Source of the DNA: Thermodesulfobacteriota bacterium
Lineage (GTDB): Bacteria > Desulfobacterota_D > UBA1144
DNA length: 64,000 nucleotides
Assembly (NCBI GenBank): GCA_036337225.1
Contig: JAYZEP010000001.1
Span: 72,405-136,404, forward strand
Reading direction: 5' to 3'
Numbering within the stretch: the stretch's first letter is position 1; the number at the start of each line of letters is the position of its first letter. A program made the translations under genes and the position numbers. The notes beneath the pieces were generated by a model. The model was given only the letters and a program-made list of their open reading frames with translations. It was not told the origin of the DNA and ran no database searches. Shown here one piece after another: positions 1 through 9,063 of this stretch.

Positions 1-596
1 AAGATTATCTTGGTATCAACTTCAGGGATTTCCTCTTCTGGAAAATCAACCCGGGCTTCAATCTCTGCTAAAAGATTAACACCTAACTCCCTAAGATTAT
101 TGAATTTTTTTGTTACAGCGCCAGAAATGTTATTCGTAGAACAGGTTGCAGCGGCCTCAGATTGAGAAGTAATTAAAGAAGAAATAGCCTCTGCTTTTAA
201 TAAATCTATTTTACCATTGATAAAAGATCGGTAAGTAAATTCTCCCGGTTCTGCCACTCGTGCTTCTCCATGATCTACAATGCTTTTTAGTACCATATTG
301 GGCACAATAGGGCCTCCATGTGTGTGAAACTCGACAACATCCTGACCGGTCAACGAATTAGGCGACTCAAAGAACACGCACATGCATTCATCAATCACCC
401 TTCCCCCGTATTCTATATTTCCAACGTAGGTTTTTCTATGTTCTAGAAAACCATTGGAAGATCGTGATTTAAATAAATCTGTGGCAATTTTTCTGGAGGC
501 GGGTCCTGCTATCCTGATAACCGAGACCGACCCCACCCCAGAAGGTGTACAAATCGCACAAATAGTATCATCAAGCAGCTCTAGTTTTTTTTTCAT
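1..596 (-). CDS. mnmE: tRNA modification GTPase MnmE (TrmE), N-terminal portion only. The gene continues beyond the left edge of the window; the start ATG is at 596..594 on the minus strand.
   Basis: Manual translation of the minus strand from the ATG at 596 gives MKKKLELLDDTICAICTPSGVGSVSVIRIAGP...VEFHTHGGPIV..., which matches the conserved MnmE N-terminal domain (AIATP.G.G...IRISGP motif). It is absent from the ORF track because no stop codon lies in the window. Confidence 0.8.
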   Translation of the reverse strand, partial: MKKKLELLDDTICAICTPSGVGSVSVIRIAGPASRKIATDLFKSRSSNGFLEHRKTYVGNIEYGGRVIDECMCVFFESPNSLTGQDVVEFHTHGGPIVPNMVLKSIVDHGEARVAEPGEFTYRSFINGKIDLLKAEAISSLITSQSEAAATCSTNNISGAVTKKFNNLRELGVNLLAEIEARVDFPEEEIPEVDTKII

Positions 597-661
597 TTCA
601 TTCTCTAAGTTAAATATATTTTGGTGTTGCCAAAAACTCAAATAAAACTAAAGTTTTTTTT

Positions 662-690
662 TTGCGATATAGGGGGCACTCTGCTATAAT
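662..690 (+). promoter_or_regulatory. Putative sigma70-type promoter for the acyl-CoA dehydrogenase operon: -35 TTGCGA at 662..667, a 17-nt spacer, and -10 TATAAT at 685..690.
   Basis: Read directly from the sequence ttgcgatatagggggcactctgctataat. The -10 hexamer is perfect consensus with canonical spacing, about 50 nt upstream of the ATG at 739. Confidence 0.45.
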
Positions 691-738
691 AATTGGGTTT
701 AAATTACCTAATAAATGCTCCTTGTGGGGGAAGAACCA

Positions 739-1884
739 ATGAGTTTATGCTTTGACTTTTCAGAAGAACAAAATATGATGCGCGATGCCATTAGAACATT
801 TTGTAAAGATGAAGTCGAGCCCCTTGTTGAAGAAGCAGAAAAACAAGAATCGTTCCCTGTGCAGTTATACCCAAAAATGGCCGAAATGGGCTTACTTGGG
901 ATATGTTTCGATGAAAAATATGGGGGCCTAGGCCTAGACAAGGTTACAGAGTGCATACTCGCAGAGGAGTTAGGAAGAACGTGTGCCGGGATAGCAAAAG
1001 GCGTTAATGCCCATGTTGACTTAGCATGCTTACCCCTCTCGAAATTTGGAAGTGAAGAGCAAAAGGAAAAGTATCTGACCCCTTCGATTGCCGGTGAAAT
1101 TATTGGAGCTTTGGCAATTACAGAACCAAATGCCGGTTCCGATGCAAGGGCAATCAAGACAAGTGCTACCAAAGAGAAAGGCAAATGGATTTTAAATGGC
1201 ACTAAAACCTGGATTACCAACGGTGTAATTTGCAACTATGTGGTTGTTGCAGCATACACCAACAAAGAAGACAGAAAAAACGGTATAAGTATATTTATAG
1301 TTGATAAAGACACCCCAGGATTTCAAGTTTCAAGAAAGATTGAGAAATTAGGCCATAGATCATCAGATGTTGCTGAATTAGTTTTCGAGAATTGTGAATT
1401 GTCGGAGGACGCGCTTCTCGGTGGAGAGGAAGGAAAGTTTCAAGCATTAATGGAAACCTTAATAGCGGCAAGGATTTCTCATGGAGTAAAAAGTGTCGGG
1501 CTTGCAACAGCAGCCTTTGAATACGCTCTAGCTTACTCAAAAGAAAGAGAGGCATTTGGAAGAACAATTACAAAATTCCAAGGAATAAGCTTTAAGTTGG
1601 CTCAAATGGCAACCAAGATTGAAACCGCAAGGCTTTTAGGTTACAAGGCTGCTTGGCTTTACGATCAAGGTAGGCCTTGTGTAAAGGAAGCGTCAATGGC
1701 TAAGCTTTACTCGGCTGAAGTGGTCCAATGGTGTGCAACTGAGGGTATTCAAGTCCTAGGTGGTTATGGCTATGCAACTGAGTACTCCGCCGAAAGATTT
1801 TATAGAGATGCTAAGCTAGCCTCTATCACCGAAGGTACATCGGAGATTCAGCATGTTATTATTGCTAAAGAACTTGGAATTTAA
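739..1884 (+). CDS. Acyl-CoA dehydrogenase. The preferred start is the ATG at 739, preceded by a GGGGGAAG ribosome-binding site; the ORF track starts at 715.
   Basis: The N-terminus MSLCFDFSEEQNMMRDAI is typical of ACADs. The ARISHG region and the C-terminal YRDAKLASITEGTSEIQ signature are present, and the length is about 380 aa. The ribosome-binding site GGGGGAAG lies 5 nt upstream of 739. Confidence 0.9.
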   Translation: MSLCFDFSEEQNMMRDAIRTFCKDEVEPLVEEAEKQESFPVQLYPKMAEMGLLGICFDEKYGGLGLDKVTECILAEELGRTCAGIAKGVNAHVDLACLPLSKFGSEEQKEKYLTPSIAGEIIGALAITEPNAGSDARAIKTSATKEKGKWILNGTKTWITNGVICNYVVVAAYTNKEDRKNGISIFIVDKDTPGFQVSRKIEKLGHRSSDVAELVFENCELSEDALLGGEEGKFQALMETLIAARISHGVKSVGLATAAFEYALAYSKEREAFGRTITKFQGISFKLAQMATKIETARLLGYKAAWLYDQGRPCVKEASMAKLYSAEVVQWCATEGIQVLGGYGYATEYSAERFYRDAKLASITEGTSEIQHVIIAKELGI

Positions 1885-1928
1885 GTTATTTTTGTTAAGC
1901 TAAAAAAGGAAAGTCAAGGAGATTCATA

Positions 1929-3140
1929 ATGAGTACGCAAATACCAAATATTGATGATACAAGAGAATTACTCAAGAAAAATCAAATCGGCATTGTAGGT
2001 GTCGGTGAAACCGAGCAGGGGAAGATTCCTGGAAAAAGTTCTTTCCATTTTCTATCTGAAGCATCCAAGCTAGCAATAGAAGATGCAGGTATTCAAAAAT
2101 CTGATGTAGACGGGGTCATAACCGCTTTCTCCTTAGTTGAAGAAACCTTTATGCACTGTACAACATTTGCAGATTATATAGGGATAAACCCCAAGTATTT
2201 TGAGTCGGTTGCAATAGGTGGGGCTACTGCTGTCTGGATGACGGCCGCGGCCGCAATGGCAATCAACTCTGGCCAAGCCGAAGTTATTTTGTGTGTAAGG
2301 GGCGACAATACTCTTTCTGGTATATCGTCGGCGGGAATGATTGCGCTAATTAGAGAAATGTGTCATGGAGAATTTGAGTATCCGTTCGGCCTAACAACGC
2401 CGGGAGGCTATGCCCTGATGGCACAGAGATATCTCTATGAGTCCAAGGGCAAAAGAGAGCACCTACACTCAGTAGCTGTAACAATGAGACAGCACGCACA
2501 ACTAAAAGAGAACGCTATGAACAAAGATGATTTAAGCCTAGATGACATTGTAAACACCAGACTGTTAGCGTCGCCTTTAACCAAATATGACTGCTCGATT
2601 GTATCTGACGGCGGTGCCGCATTTATTGTTACAACAAATGCAAAAGCAAAGGAGTTGGGATTAAAACAAGACCCGATTTATCTACATGGAATGGGCCAGG
2701 GCTTTTCTCACCAATACCTAACCTCGTGTGCCGACCTAGATCAAATATATGGAGCAATTGAGACATCTGGTCAAAAAGCATTTGAAACTGCAGGTATGAC
2801 AAATAAAGATGTAGACATAACGTTTCTTTATGATTGTTTCACAATTACAACACTGCTGGAGCTAGAAGGCCTCGGTATTGTTCCTAGAGGACAGGCAGGT
2901 GCAGTGGCTCTTGAGGGAAGACTTCATAAAGATGCGGACATTCCTTTAAATACACACGGAGGACTGCTTTCTCAAGCCCACTTGGGCGCTATGCACCACG
3001 TTGTTGAAGCTGTCTTACAATTAAGAGGAGAGGCAGGTAAGCGGCAAGTTAAAAATCCAAATACAGCCTTGGTTCACGGGAACGGTGGTATCGTATCAGC
3101 CCATAGTACTATTCTTTTAGGAAACGAGCCCCTAAGTTAA
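1929..3140 (+). CDS. Thiolase-fold protein of the SCP-x / lipid-transfer-protein type (BbsB/Ltp-like 3-ketoacyl-CoA thiolase).
   Basis: Motifs CSIVSDGGAAFIV and NTHGGLLSQAHLGAMHHVVEAVLQLRGEAG are characteristic of the SCP-x/archaeal-type thiolase family that pairs with DUF35 proteins. A ribosome-binding site AAGGAG sits upstream. Confidence 0.85.
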   Translation: MSTQIPNIDDTRELLKKNQIGIVGVGETEQGKIPGKSSFHFLSEASKLAIEDAGIQKSDVDGVITAFSLVEETFMHCTTFADYIGINPKYFESVAIGGATAVWMTAAAAMAINSGQAEVILCVRGDNTLSGISSAGMIALIREMCHGEFEYPFGLTTPGGYALMAQRYLYESKGKREHLHSVAVTMRQHAQLKENAMNKDDLSLDDIVNTRLLASPLTKYDCSIVSDGGAAFIVTTNAKAKELGLKQDPIYLHGMGQGFSHQYLTSCADLDQIYGAIETSGQKAFETAGMTNKDVDITFLYDCFTITTLLELEGLGIVPRGQAGAVALEGRLHKDADIPLNTHGGLLSQAHLGAMHHVVEAVLQLRGEAGKRQVKNPNTALVHGNGGIVSAHSTILLGNEPLS

Positions 3141-3166
3141 AAATCATTTGTAATTAGGAGATAAAA

Positions 3167-3589
3167 ATGTCAGAAGAAAAAACAGAATATCAAAAACCCC
3201 TACCAGATTTTAGACCTGAAACTAAACCTTTTTGGGATGGAACAAAGGAACACAAGCTGTTGCTGCCAAAGTGCAAAGAAACAGGACAGGTCTTCTTTTA
3301 CCCTAGGGCAATTAGTCCATTTCCTGGATCAGTTAACATGGACTTTGACTGGGTTGAGTCCACTGGCAAAGGTAAAGTCTGGACCTACTCTGTGCATTAC
3401 ATGGGGCCAACAAGGGCGTATAAAGGCGAGACTTACGTGGTGGCACTAATTGATCTTGATGATGGCGTCAAGATAATGTCAAATGTCGTGGGATGTGATC
3501 CTGAAAGCGTGACAATAGGAATGGAAGTCGAAGTTGTTTTTGAAGACGCAACCGAAGAGGTTACATTTGCAAAGTTTAAACCAGTATAG
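3167..3589 (+). CDS. DUF35 OB-fold domain protein (BbsA/ChsH2-C-terminal-like partner of SCP-x thiolases).
   Basis: It is about 140 aa, follows the thiolase gene after a 26-nt spacer with a ribosome-binding site AGGAG, and has DUF35-like OB-fold sequence (VWTYSVHY...YVVALIDLDDGVKIMSNVVG). Confidence 0.75.
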   Translation: MSEEKTEYQKPLPDFRPETKPFWDGTKEHKLLLPKCKETGQVFFYPRAISPFPGSVNMDFDWVESTGKGKVWTYSVHYMGPTRAYKGETYVVALIDLDDGVKIMSNVVGCDPESVTIGMEVEVVFEDATEEVTFAKFKPV

Positions 3590-3603
3590 TAGGGAGCAAA
3601 AAA

Positions 3604-4050
3604 ATGGATGACAAATTATTTTACGAAGACGTAGCCGAAGGCACAGAGCATGAGTCAAGCGGTAGAACAATAACAGAGGCAGATGTGGTTAACTTTGCTG
3701 GTCTCTCGGCGGACTTTAACAACATGCATATTGACGAAGAGTTTGCAAAGAATACCGTTTTCGGCACTAGGGTTGCGCATGGCATGTGTGTACTTTCAAT
3801 TGCAACAGGGCTTTGGTTTACTATGCCGCGATTGGCTACAGTTGCATTTATGGGCCTGCAAGACTGGAGGTTTTCGGGAGCGGTCAAACCTGGCGATACA
3901 GTAAAGATAAATCGTAAGCTTGTTGAGAAAAAGGAACACAAAAGGCCCAATATGGGCTTCTTGAACTGGGAGGTTAACGTGGTTAATCAGTCTGGTGATG
4001 TGGTACAAAAGGGCATTTGGGTCATTCTTGTGCAAAGAAAAGACTCTTAA
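3604..4050 (+). CDS. MaoC-like (R)-specific enoyl-CoA hydratase, single hot-dog fold.
   Basis: The hydratase-2 motif is present in SADFNNMHIDEEFAKNTVFGTRVAHG. The protein is 148 aa. Confidence 0.85.
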   Translation: MDDKLFYEDVAEGTEHESSGRTITEADVVNFAGLSADFNNMHIDEEFAKNTVFGTRVAHGMCVLSIATGLWFTMPRLATVAFMGLQDWRFSGAVKPGDTVKINRKLVEKKEHKRPNMGFLNWEVNVVNQSGDVVQKGIWVILVQRKDS

Positions 4051-4128
4051 TTAGGCCTATTTTTATAAAAAATCTAGCAATGTAGGATACTTAGATATCT
4101 CTACTCCTCATGTTTTTCTAAAAAAGTG

Positions 4129-4158
4129 TTGACATTACTTAAGTAAGTGTATTAAAAT
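4129..4158 (+). promoter_or_regulatory. Putative sigma70-type promoter for the AmiS/UreI-like gene: -35 TTGACA at 4129..4134 and -10 TAAAAT at about 4153..4158.
   Basis: Sequence gtgttgacattacttaagtaagtgtattaaaatcg. The -35 hexamer is perfect and the spacer is 18 nt. A ribosome-binding site GGAGG follows at about 4176..4180. Confidence 0.4.
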
Positions 4159-4190
4159 CGTAGTAACCTTACAAAAGGAGGTATTGGTAT

Positions 4191-4685
4191 ATGCTAGGAT
4201 ATGTACTTTTACTAGTAGGTTTCGTATTCTTTTTGAATGGCATGACTCTGTTAGGTAAAACCGGCGGAAAAGAAGTTGGTATGCTTAACGGTGCTGTTGC
4301 TGTTCTGATCCTTGTTGCAGCATTTACTGGAGCTGGACTTGGTCCAGACGGTGCGGCTAGTACTGCGCTGGTTTCAGTTTTTGCTTTGATCTATATCATC
4401 GCATTTGGTGTGTTTACACTTGGGCATGATGGCAAGGGCCTTGGTTGGTATTGTCTTTTTGCTACCATAGTTTTTCTATGGTACGGACAATTCTTCATTG
4501 GCATTGGAGCAATGGAGCTAGGCCTGTTCAACATCGCTTGGGCAGTTCTTACTTTAGTTGCATTTTTAGTTCTTGCACAAGGTAAAGCTCTTGGAACCCT
4601 ATTGGCATATTTATTTATTGCAGAATCATTTATAACTCTATTGATTCCTGGAATGAACATGCTTACAAAAGGGGTCCTTTTTTAA
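4191..4685 (+). CDS. AmiS/UreI-family transporter (a putative urea or short-chain-amide channel) with six predicted transmembrane helices.
   Basis: The N-terminus MLGYVLLLVGFVFFLNGMTLLGK closely parallels the UreI/AmiS N-terminus (MLGLVLLYVG...). The protein is about 165 aa and hydrophobic throughout. Confidence 0.8.
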   Translation: MLGYVLLLVGFVFFLNGMTLLGKTGGKEVGMLNGAVAVLILVAAFTGAGLGPDGAASTALVSVFALIYIIAFGVFTLGHDGKGLGWYCLFATIVFLWYGQFFIGIGAMELGLFNIAWAVLTLVAFLVLAQGKALGTLLAYLFIAESFITLLIPGMNMLTKGVLF

Positions 4686-4713
4686 GAGAAAGGAAACTTA
4701 TTTAAATTTATTT

Positions 4714-4746
4714 AAAGGGTCGGTTGTTCAATCGGCCCTTTTTTTT
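4714..4746. terminator. Rho-independent terminator hairpin between convergent genes.
   Basis: AAAGGGTCGG-ttgttcaa-TCGGCCCTTT followed by a run of eight T on the plus strand. The stem is about 7 bp plus an A/T extension, lying directly after the AmiS/UreI stop and abutting the stop of the minus-strand PdxH-like gene. Confidence 0.55.
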
Positions 4747-5338
4747 AGGGGGCTAACCACTCGCTGGATTGCAGCTCTCCATTGAATAGGACAAAGCGGC
4801 ACCTTGTGTGTCCCTCGTAGTTAAGCTCAAGATAATCAACCTCTTTAGCCTTGCTGGTAATCAGGCCAAATACGTTCAATCCAAGGTTCTCATCTTTTAG
4901 ATCAAGCATGGTGTTCGAAAAAGGCTCTTGAATTATGGTAGAGGGTGAAAAAGGAGAAAAATAACACCTCTTGCTAACATCTTGAGACTCCAACCACACC
5001 TCCTCCGTAATCGCCTGACCCTCTATTACGGTGGATTCTGCAGCAATTCGTACTTGGATTTTCTTTTCCTTATTGTAGAACAAAAGATGTGTGTTGGGAT
5101 TTCGTTTAATCTCCAGGCATTTATTCGATCTTAAATCAGCATTAGAACGTAAGGAAAAACTTTCTGTATCCACGTCCCTCAGTACCAAAATTCGTGACTC
5201 AGGTACCGTAGCGTCACCGGAGCCAATTGTTGAAAGGAAGCAAAGGTGGAACGGGTGCCTTCTGTCAACAGCGCCTTCTTTAAGCTCTTCCCATATAAAT
5301 CTGAAGATATTTGTTAATTGCGGGCTACTTCTTTCCAT
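4745..5338 (-). CDS. Pyridoxamine 5'-phosphate oxidase family protein (PdxH-like FMN-binding split barrel).
   Basis: The internal ATVPESRILVLRDVD...NPNTHLLFY...QVRI pattern and the C-terminal ...SSEWLAP resemble the PdxH architecture (RLAP terminus). The protein is 197 aa. Confidence 0.65.
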   Translation of the reverse strand: MERSSPQLTNIFRFIWEELKEGAVDRRHPFHLCFLSTIGSGDATVPESRILVLRDVDTESFSLRSNADLRSNKCLEIKRNPNTHLLFYNKEKKIQVRIAAESTVIEGQAITEEVWLESQDVSKRCYFSPFSPSTIIQEPFSNTMLDLKDENLGLNVFGLITSKAKEVDYLELNYEGHTRCRFVLFNGELQSSEWLAP

Positions 5339-6782
5339 ACCATTGAGGGAGTGAGTCGCCGGTGAATATGCTGATATTTTTTATTCTTAAGTACTCGTCT
5401 AACCCTTCTAGGCCTAACTCTTTCCCGACACCGCTTTGTTTAAAACCACCATATGGTGTTTCTGGGATAATGCCGCCATATGTATTAATCCATAGATAGC
5501 CGGAGTCAATCTCTTTTGCTACCCTTATTGCTCTAGAAATATCTTGTGTCCATATACCGCCGGCCAGACCATAGCTTGTATCGTTTGCCAAACTAATAGC
5601 CTCGCTTTCCTCCTCGAAAGGAATAATCGCTACAACAGGGCCAAAAACTTCCTCTTTAAATAAAATATTGTCCCTGGAACTAATCTCAATAAGCGTAGGG
5701 AGAAAATAGTGGCCTTGCAACTTCTTATTTGGCTCCCCTCCCAACAGTACTTTTCCACCTTCATTAACACCAGCATCAACATATTTTGAAACCCTATCGA
5801 AATGGTCTTTTGAAATAAGGGCTCCAATCTCAGTTTCTTCTTTTGATGGATCTCCTTGAACAATCGTTGAAATTCTTTCAGTAAATTTCTTCTTAAATGT
5901 CTTATAAATTTTTTTATGTACAAGCAGCCTCGTTACGGCAGTACAATTCTCCCCTTGGTTGAAAAAACCCCCACGTAGATTTGCCTCCAGGCAAGACTCG
6001 ATATTGGCGTCGTCGAAAACTATATTGGGAGCTTTCCCTCCCAACTCCAAAGATAGCCGAGGAAGGTTCTGAGTACTGTTTTTTACTATTAGCTTCCCAA
6101 CGGCCGTTGAACCGGTAAATGAAATTTTTGAAATAAGATCATTCTTAATAAGAGCATCTCCGGCTTCTTCTCCTTTGCCAGGACATACATTAATGACACC
6201 ACTTGGAAGTCCACACTCTTCACAAATTTTTGCTAGCTCAAGGGTTCCATGCGGTGTAAGCTCTGACGGCTTAATTACCATGGTGCATCCTGAAGCAAGA
6301 GCAGGGGCTATTTTCCAAGAGGCCAAGAGCATAGGGAAGTTCCAAGGCAGTATCTGTGCAATAACCCCCACAGGCTCTTTAATGGTCAAAGAAATAAGAT
6401 CGTTGTTTAATGTTTGTGAGCTACCATGAATCTTCGATGCAAGCCCTGCGTAATATTCAAAAGTCCTAGCCACTCCCGCTATTTCAACAAGGGTGCTTTC
6501 TTTAATTGGTTTTCCGGTCTCTTCAGAGTTGATAGAGCCTAAGTAGGTGGAACGGTTCCGTATTGTTTCCGCTATTTTAAATAATATATTTCCTCTAATA
6601 TTTCCTGGGGTCTTAGACCAAACGTCAAAAGCTCGGTGTGCAGACTGGCAAGCCCAATCAATCTCATCTTTTGAAACTAACGAGACCTTCTCAAGTGGCT
6701 CAAGGGTTCCAGGGTTTTCTCTGACATAAGAATTTTTCGCCTTTACAAGTTCACCATTTATAAGGGCAAGAGATTCGCGCAT
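5325..6782 (-). CDS. NAD(P)-dependent aldehyde dehydrogenase.
   Basis: ELGGKAPNIVFDDANIE (the catalytic Glu region) and GENCTAVTRLLVH (the catalytic Cys region) are present. The protein is 485 aa. Confidence 0.9.
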   Translation of the reverse strand: MRESLALINGELVKAKNSYVRENPGTLEPLEKVSLVSKDEIDWACQSAHRAFDVWSKTPGNIRGNILFKIAETIRNRSTYLGSINSEETGKPIKESTLVEIAGVARTFEYYAGLASKIHGSSQTLNNDLISLTIKEPVGVIAQILPWNFPMLLASWKIAPALASGCTMVIKPSELTPHGTLELAKICEECGLPSGVINVCPGKGEEAGDALIKNDLISKISFTGSTAVGKLIVKNSTQNLPRLSLELGGKAPNIVFDDANIESCLEANLRGGFFNQGENCTAVTRLLVHKKIYKTFKKKFTERISTIVQGDPSKEETEIGALISKDHFDRVSKYVDAGVNEGGKVLLGGEPNKKLQGHYFLPTLIEISSRDNILFKEEVFGPVVAIIPFEEESEAISLANDTSYGLAGGIWTQDISRAIRVAKEIDSGYLWINTYGGIIPETPYGGFKQSGVGKELGLEGLDEYLRIKNISIFTGDSLPQWYGKK

Positions 6783-6861
6783 TGAATTAATCTATCATGA
6801 AATGGGGTTTTAAGAAAGATAGGGCTCTTCCGAAAAAGAGCCCTAAAATTACCAGTTGCTA

Positions 6862-7836
6862 TTAAGCACCTGGATACATTGGCACCATGAATCTGTGTCT
6901 CATTGTATATTTGAAAGGTGTTGAGAATAATAGTGGATCGAAATCCTTTGCAGGATCTCTTTCAACGGTTCTTTCCCATACAATCGACGCTGGTGGAATG
7001 ATTAAGTTAAATGTAAACGAAATCAAACCGTGAACAGTCACGTTACCTAATTGACCTCCCATGAAGTCAAAAGGTGTACCAGCTAGATACCATGCTCTTA
7101 CATCTTCACCAGTTGCAGTTCTTACAGAACTTGGATCCAATTGGAATCTGTGTCCTGTTCCAAACTGTGGTGGTAACTCGGAACCAAGATAAGTAACTTG
7201 GTGTCTACTACGTGTTACGTCTGGATAAGTTGTAATTCTGTAGTTCAATCTACCCCAATCTGTTTTACCGTAGAATGTTGGTTTATGGGGAGTTGGCTTG
7301 TCTGAATAACGACCGTTTGCTGAGTGGAACACATAACCTCTTCTTTCCATTAACATGTTGAAGTAGTTATCGTTTGTTCCATGTTCAAAAGCTGCGATAT
7401 AAGCGGCTTTTTTAGGGAACCCGAATGGTTCTCTACCAGCAAAAATTGGTGAGTCGTTTGAAAGGTACATATATGGATAATATCCACCTTTCCATACCTG
7501 ACCGTCTTGGCCTTTAACTGTCGAAGAGGCAGTTACGCCAAACTCCATGTATGGTCCAAGCATTGTATTTCTGTGTATAACGTACCAGAATTCAAGGATT
7601 GGATCATGAAGTTGAACGGGTTCAGGAATGATAGCATTTAAGTTAGCTTCGTCAGCTTCAACAACATAAGCCATCCAACGGCTTTCTGTATAAGTCAAAG
7701 GGACAATATCATAGTCAAAAACAGGATCGGCAACACCCTGAGAGATAATGTGAATTCTATCTCTATCAAGTGGTAGTGGTGGGACTTCACCTTCTTCTAA
7801 CCATGGATAGCTATATTCATTTGCATGTTTTCCCAT
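6862..7836 (-). CDS. Acetoacetate decarboxylase (ADC) superfamily protein, extended form; paralog 1.
   Basis: YMYLSNDSPIFAGREPFGFPKKAAY matches the ADC active-site region (YLDNEPAIAVGRE...YPKK with the Schiff-base lysine). It is a clear paralog of the adjacent gene. Confidence 0.7.
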   Translation of the reverse strand: MGKHANEYSYPWLEEGEVPPLPLDRDRIHIISQGVADPVFDYDIVPLTYTESRWMAYVVEADEANLNAIIPEPVQLHDPILEFWYVIHRNTMLGPYMEFGVTASSTVKGQDGQVWKGGYYPYMYLSNDSPIFAGREPFGFPKKAAYIAAFEHGTNDNYFNMLMERRGYVFHSANGRYSDKPTPHKPTFYGKTDWGRLNYRITTYPDVTRSRHQVTYLGSELPPQFGTGHRFQLDPSSVRTATGEDVRAWYLAGTPFDFMGGQLGNVTVHGLISFTFNLIIPPASIVWERTVERDPAKDFDPLLFSTPFKYTMRHRFMVPMYPGA

Positions 7837-7867
7837 GTTTATTTCCTCCTAAATTAATTAACGTTCC

Positions 7868-8842
7868 TTACGCACCTTGGTGAATTGGGAACTGTTGTCT
7901 TAAACCATACTGATATGGTGTTGCGTACCCTCTGTAACTTGCTGGTCTTTCATAAGTTTCAGTCCAGCAGACTTCAGGAACTGGGATGATAAGGTCGAAA
8001 GTGAATGAAATTAAACCTTTAATTTCGTTTACTTTTACCTCTGCACCCATGTTGTCAAATGGAGTTGCTTGTGCGAACCAATCAATGGCGTCGCCAGAAG
8101 CAGTCCTTGTGAACTCAGGTTTAACTTGGAATCTGTGTCCTTCGATGTTAAATGCGGCTGGAAGTTTAGATGGTAGATAAGTTAGCTGCCATTCTGAACT
8201 TGCCACGTCAGGACGTGTGTCAACCTTCATGTTGAATTTACCCCAGTCAGTTTTTCCATAGAAATATGGTGGTTTGACATCGGCATCATCATATTTACCT
8301 TGCTGTGCAGTTAAAAGGTAACCGTTTCTTGACATTGAAAAGCCAAAATAGTCGTTTCCTTTTTCGCCGCCATGCTCAGTGATTCTGATGTAGGACATTT
8401 TTTTAGGGAACCCTAAAACACGACCCGCATCAACAGGTGCATCACCTGTTAGATACATATATGGATAGTAACCAGCTTTCCATGTATTACCTTTTGAATC
8501 AGTGTGAGTTGCAGAGATTGTTACTCCAAACTCAAGATATGGACCAAGCATTGTGTTAACGTGGTTTACATACCAATACTCAACAAGTTCTGCGTCTTCA
8601 CCGTCCCATACTGTTAATGGTGGGTTTGGACATAGTCTTTGTCGTGTTTCGGCAGGCACATCGATAACAAAAGCGTTCCATCGTGAATCAGAATACGTCA
8701 AAGGAAGAACGTCAATATCCCATAGAGGATCAGCAGGGTTGCCGATAATCCATGTATTGATGTCTCTTTCCATTGGCGATGCTGGAATTTCGTCTGGCTG
8801 TAACTGCCAGTACTTTGTGTCTACATTTTGATGACTTGGCAT
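7868..8842 (-). CDS. Acetoacetate decarboxylase (ADC) superfamily protein, extended form; paralog 2.
   Basis: YMYLTGDAPVDAGRVLGFPKKMSY is present. The protein aligns with its neighbour along its whole length (for example GLISFTF.LIIP and YFYGKTDWG in both). Confidence 0.7.
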   Translation of the reverse strand: MPSHQNVDTKYWQLQPDEIPASPMERDINTWIIGNPADPLWDIDVLPLTYSDSRWNAFVIDVPAETRQRLCPNPPLTVWDGEDAELVEYWYVNHVNTMLGPYLEFGVTISATHTDSKGNTWKAGYYPYMYLTGDAPVDAGRVLGFPKKMSYIRITEHGGEKGNDYFGFSMSRNGYLLTAQQGKYDDADVKPPYFYGKTDWGKFNMKVDTRPDVASSEWQLTYLPSKLPAAFNIEGHRFQVKPEFTRTASGDAIDWFAQATPFDNMGAEVKVNEIKGLISFTFDLIIPVPEVCWTETYERPASYRGYATPYQYGLRQQFPIHQGA

Positions 8843-9063
8843 CGTTAGAGACCTCCTTTAGTGAATTTGCGTATTTAGGTAGATTAATAGTGGAGGAACC
8901 CACTTGTAGTCCCTACACCCCGTTATTAATATTAAATCAAATATGCATAGAATAGTCAATCACTTTTTTGTTAAAAACTGGTTAATTTTCCTAGTGTTTT
9001 GCAAGATTTGGTCTTGGCCAGGCCCTCTCCTCGCTTCAAGGAGGCAAAGGACGCTCTTGGGCC

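Noticed and set aside
454-645. A 63-aa plus-strand ORF at the left end of the window.
   Set aside because: It lies entirely inside, and antisense to, the well-supported mnmE N-terminal coding region. It has a low-complexity SSSSSFFF tail and is probably spurious.
708-1235. A 175-aa minus-strand ORF.
   Set aside because: It is antisense to the acyl-CoA dehydrogenase gene, which has strong family motifs. It has no ribosome-binding site and no recognisable domain.
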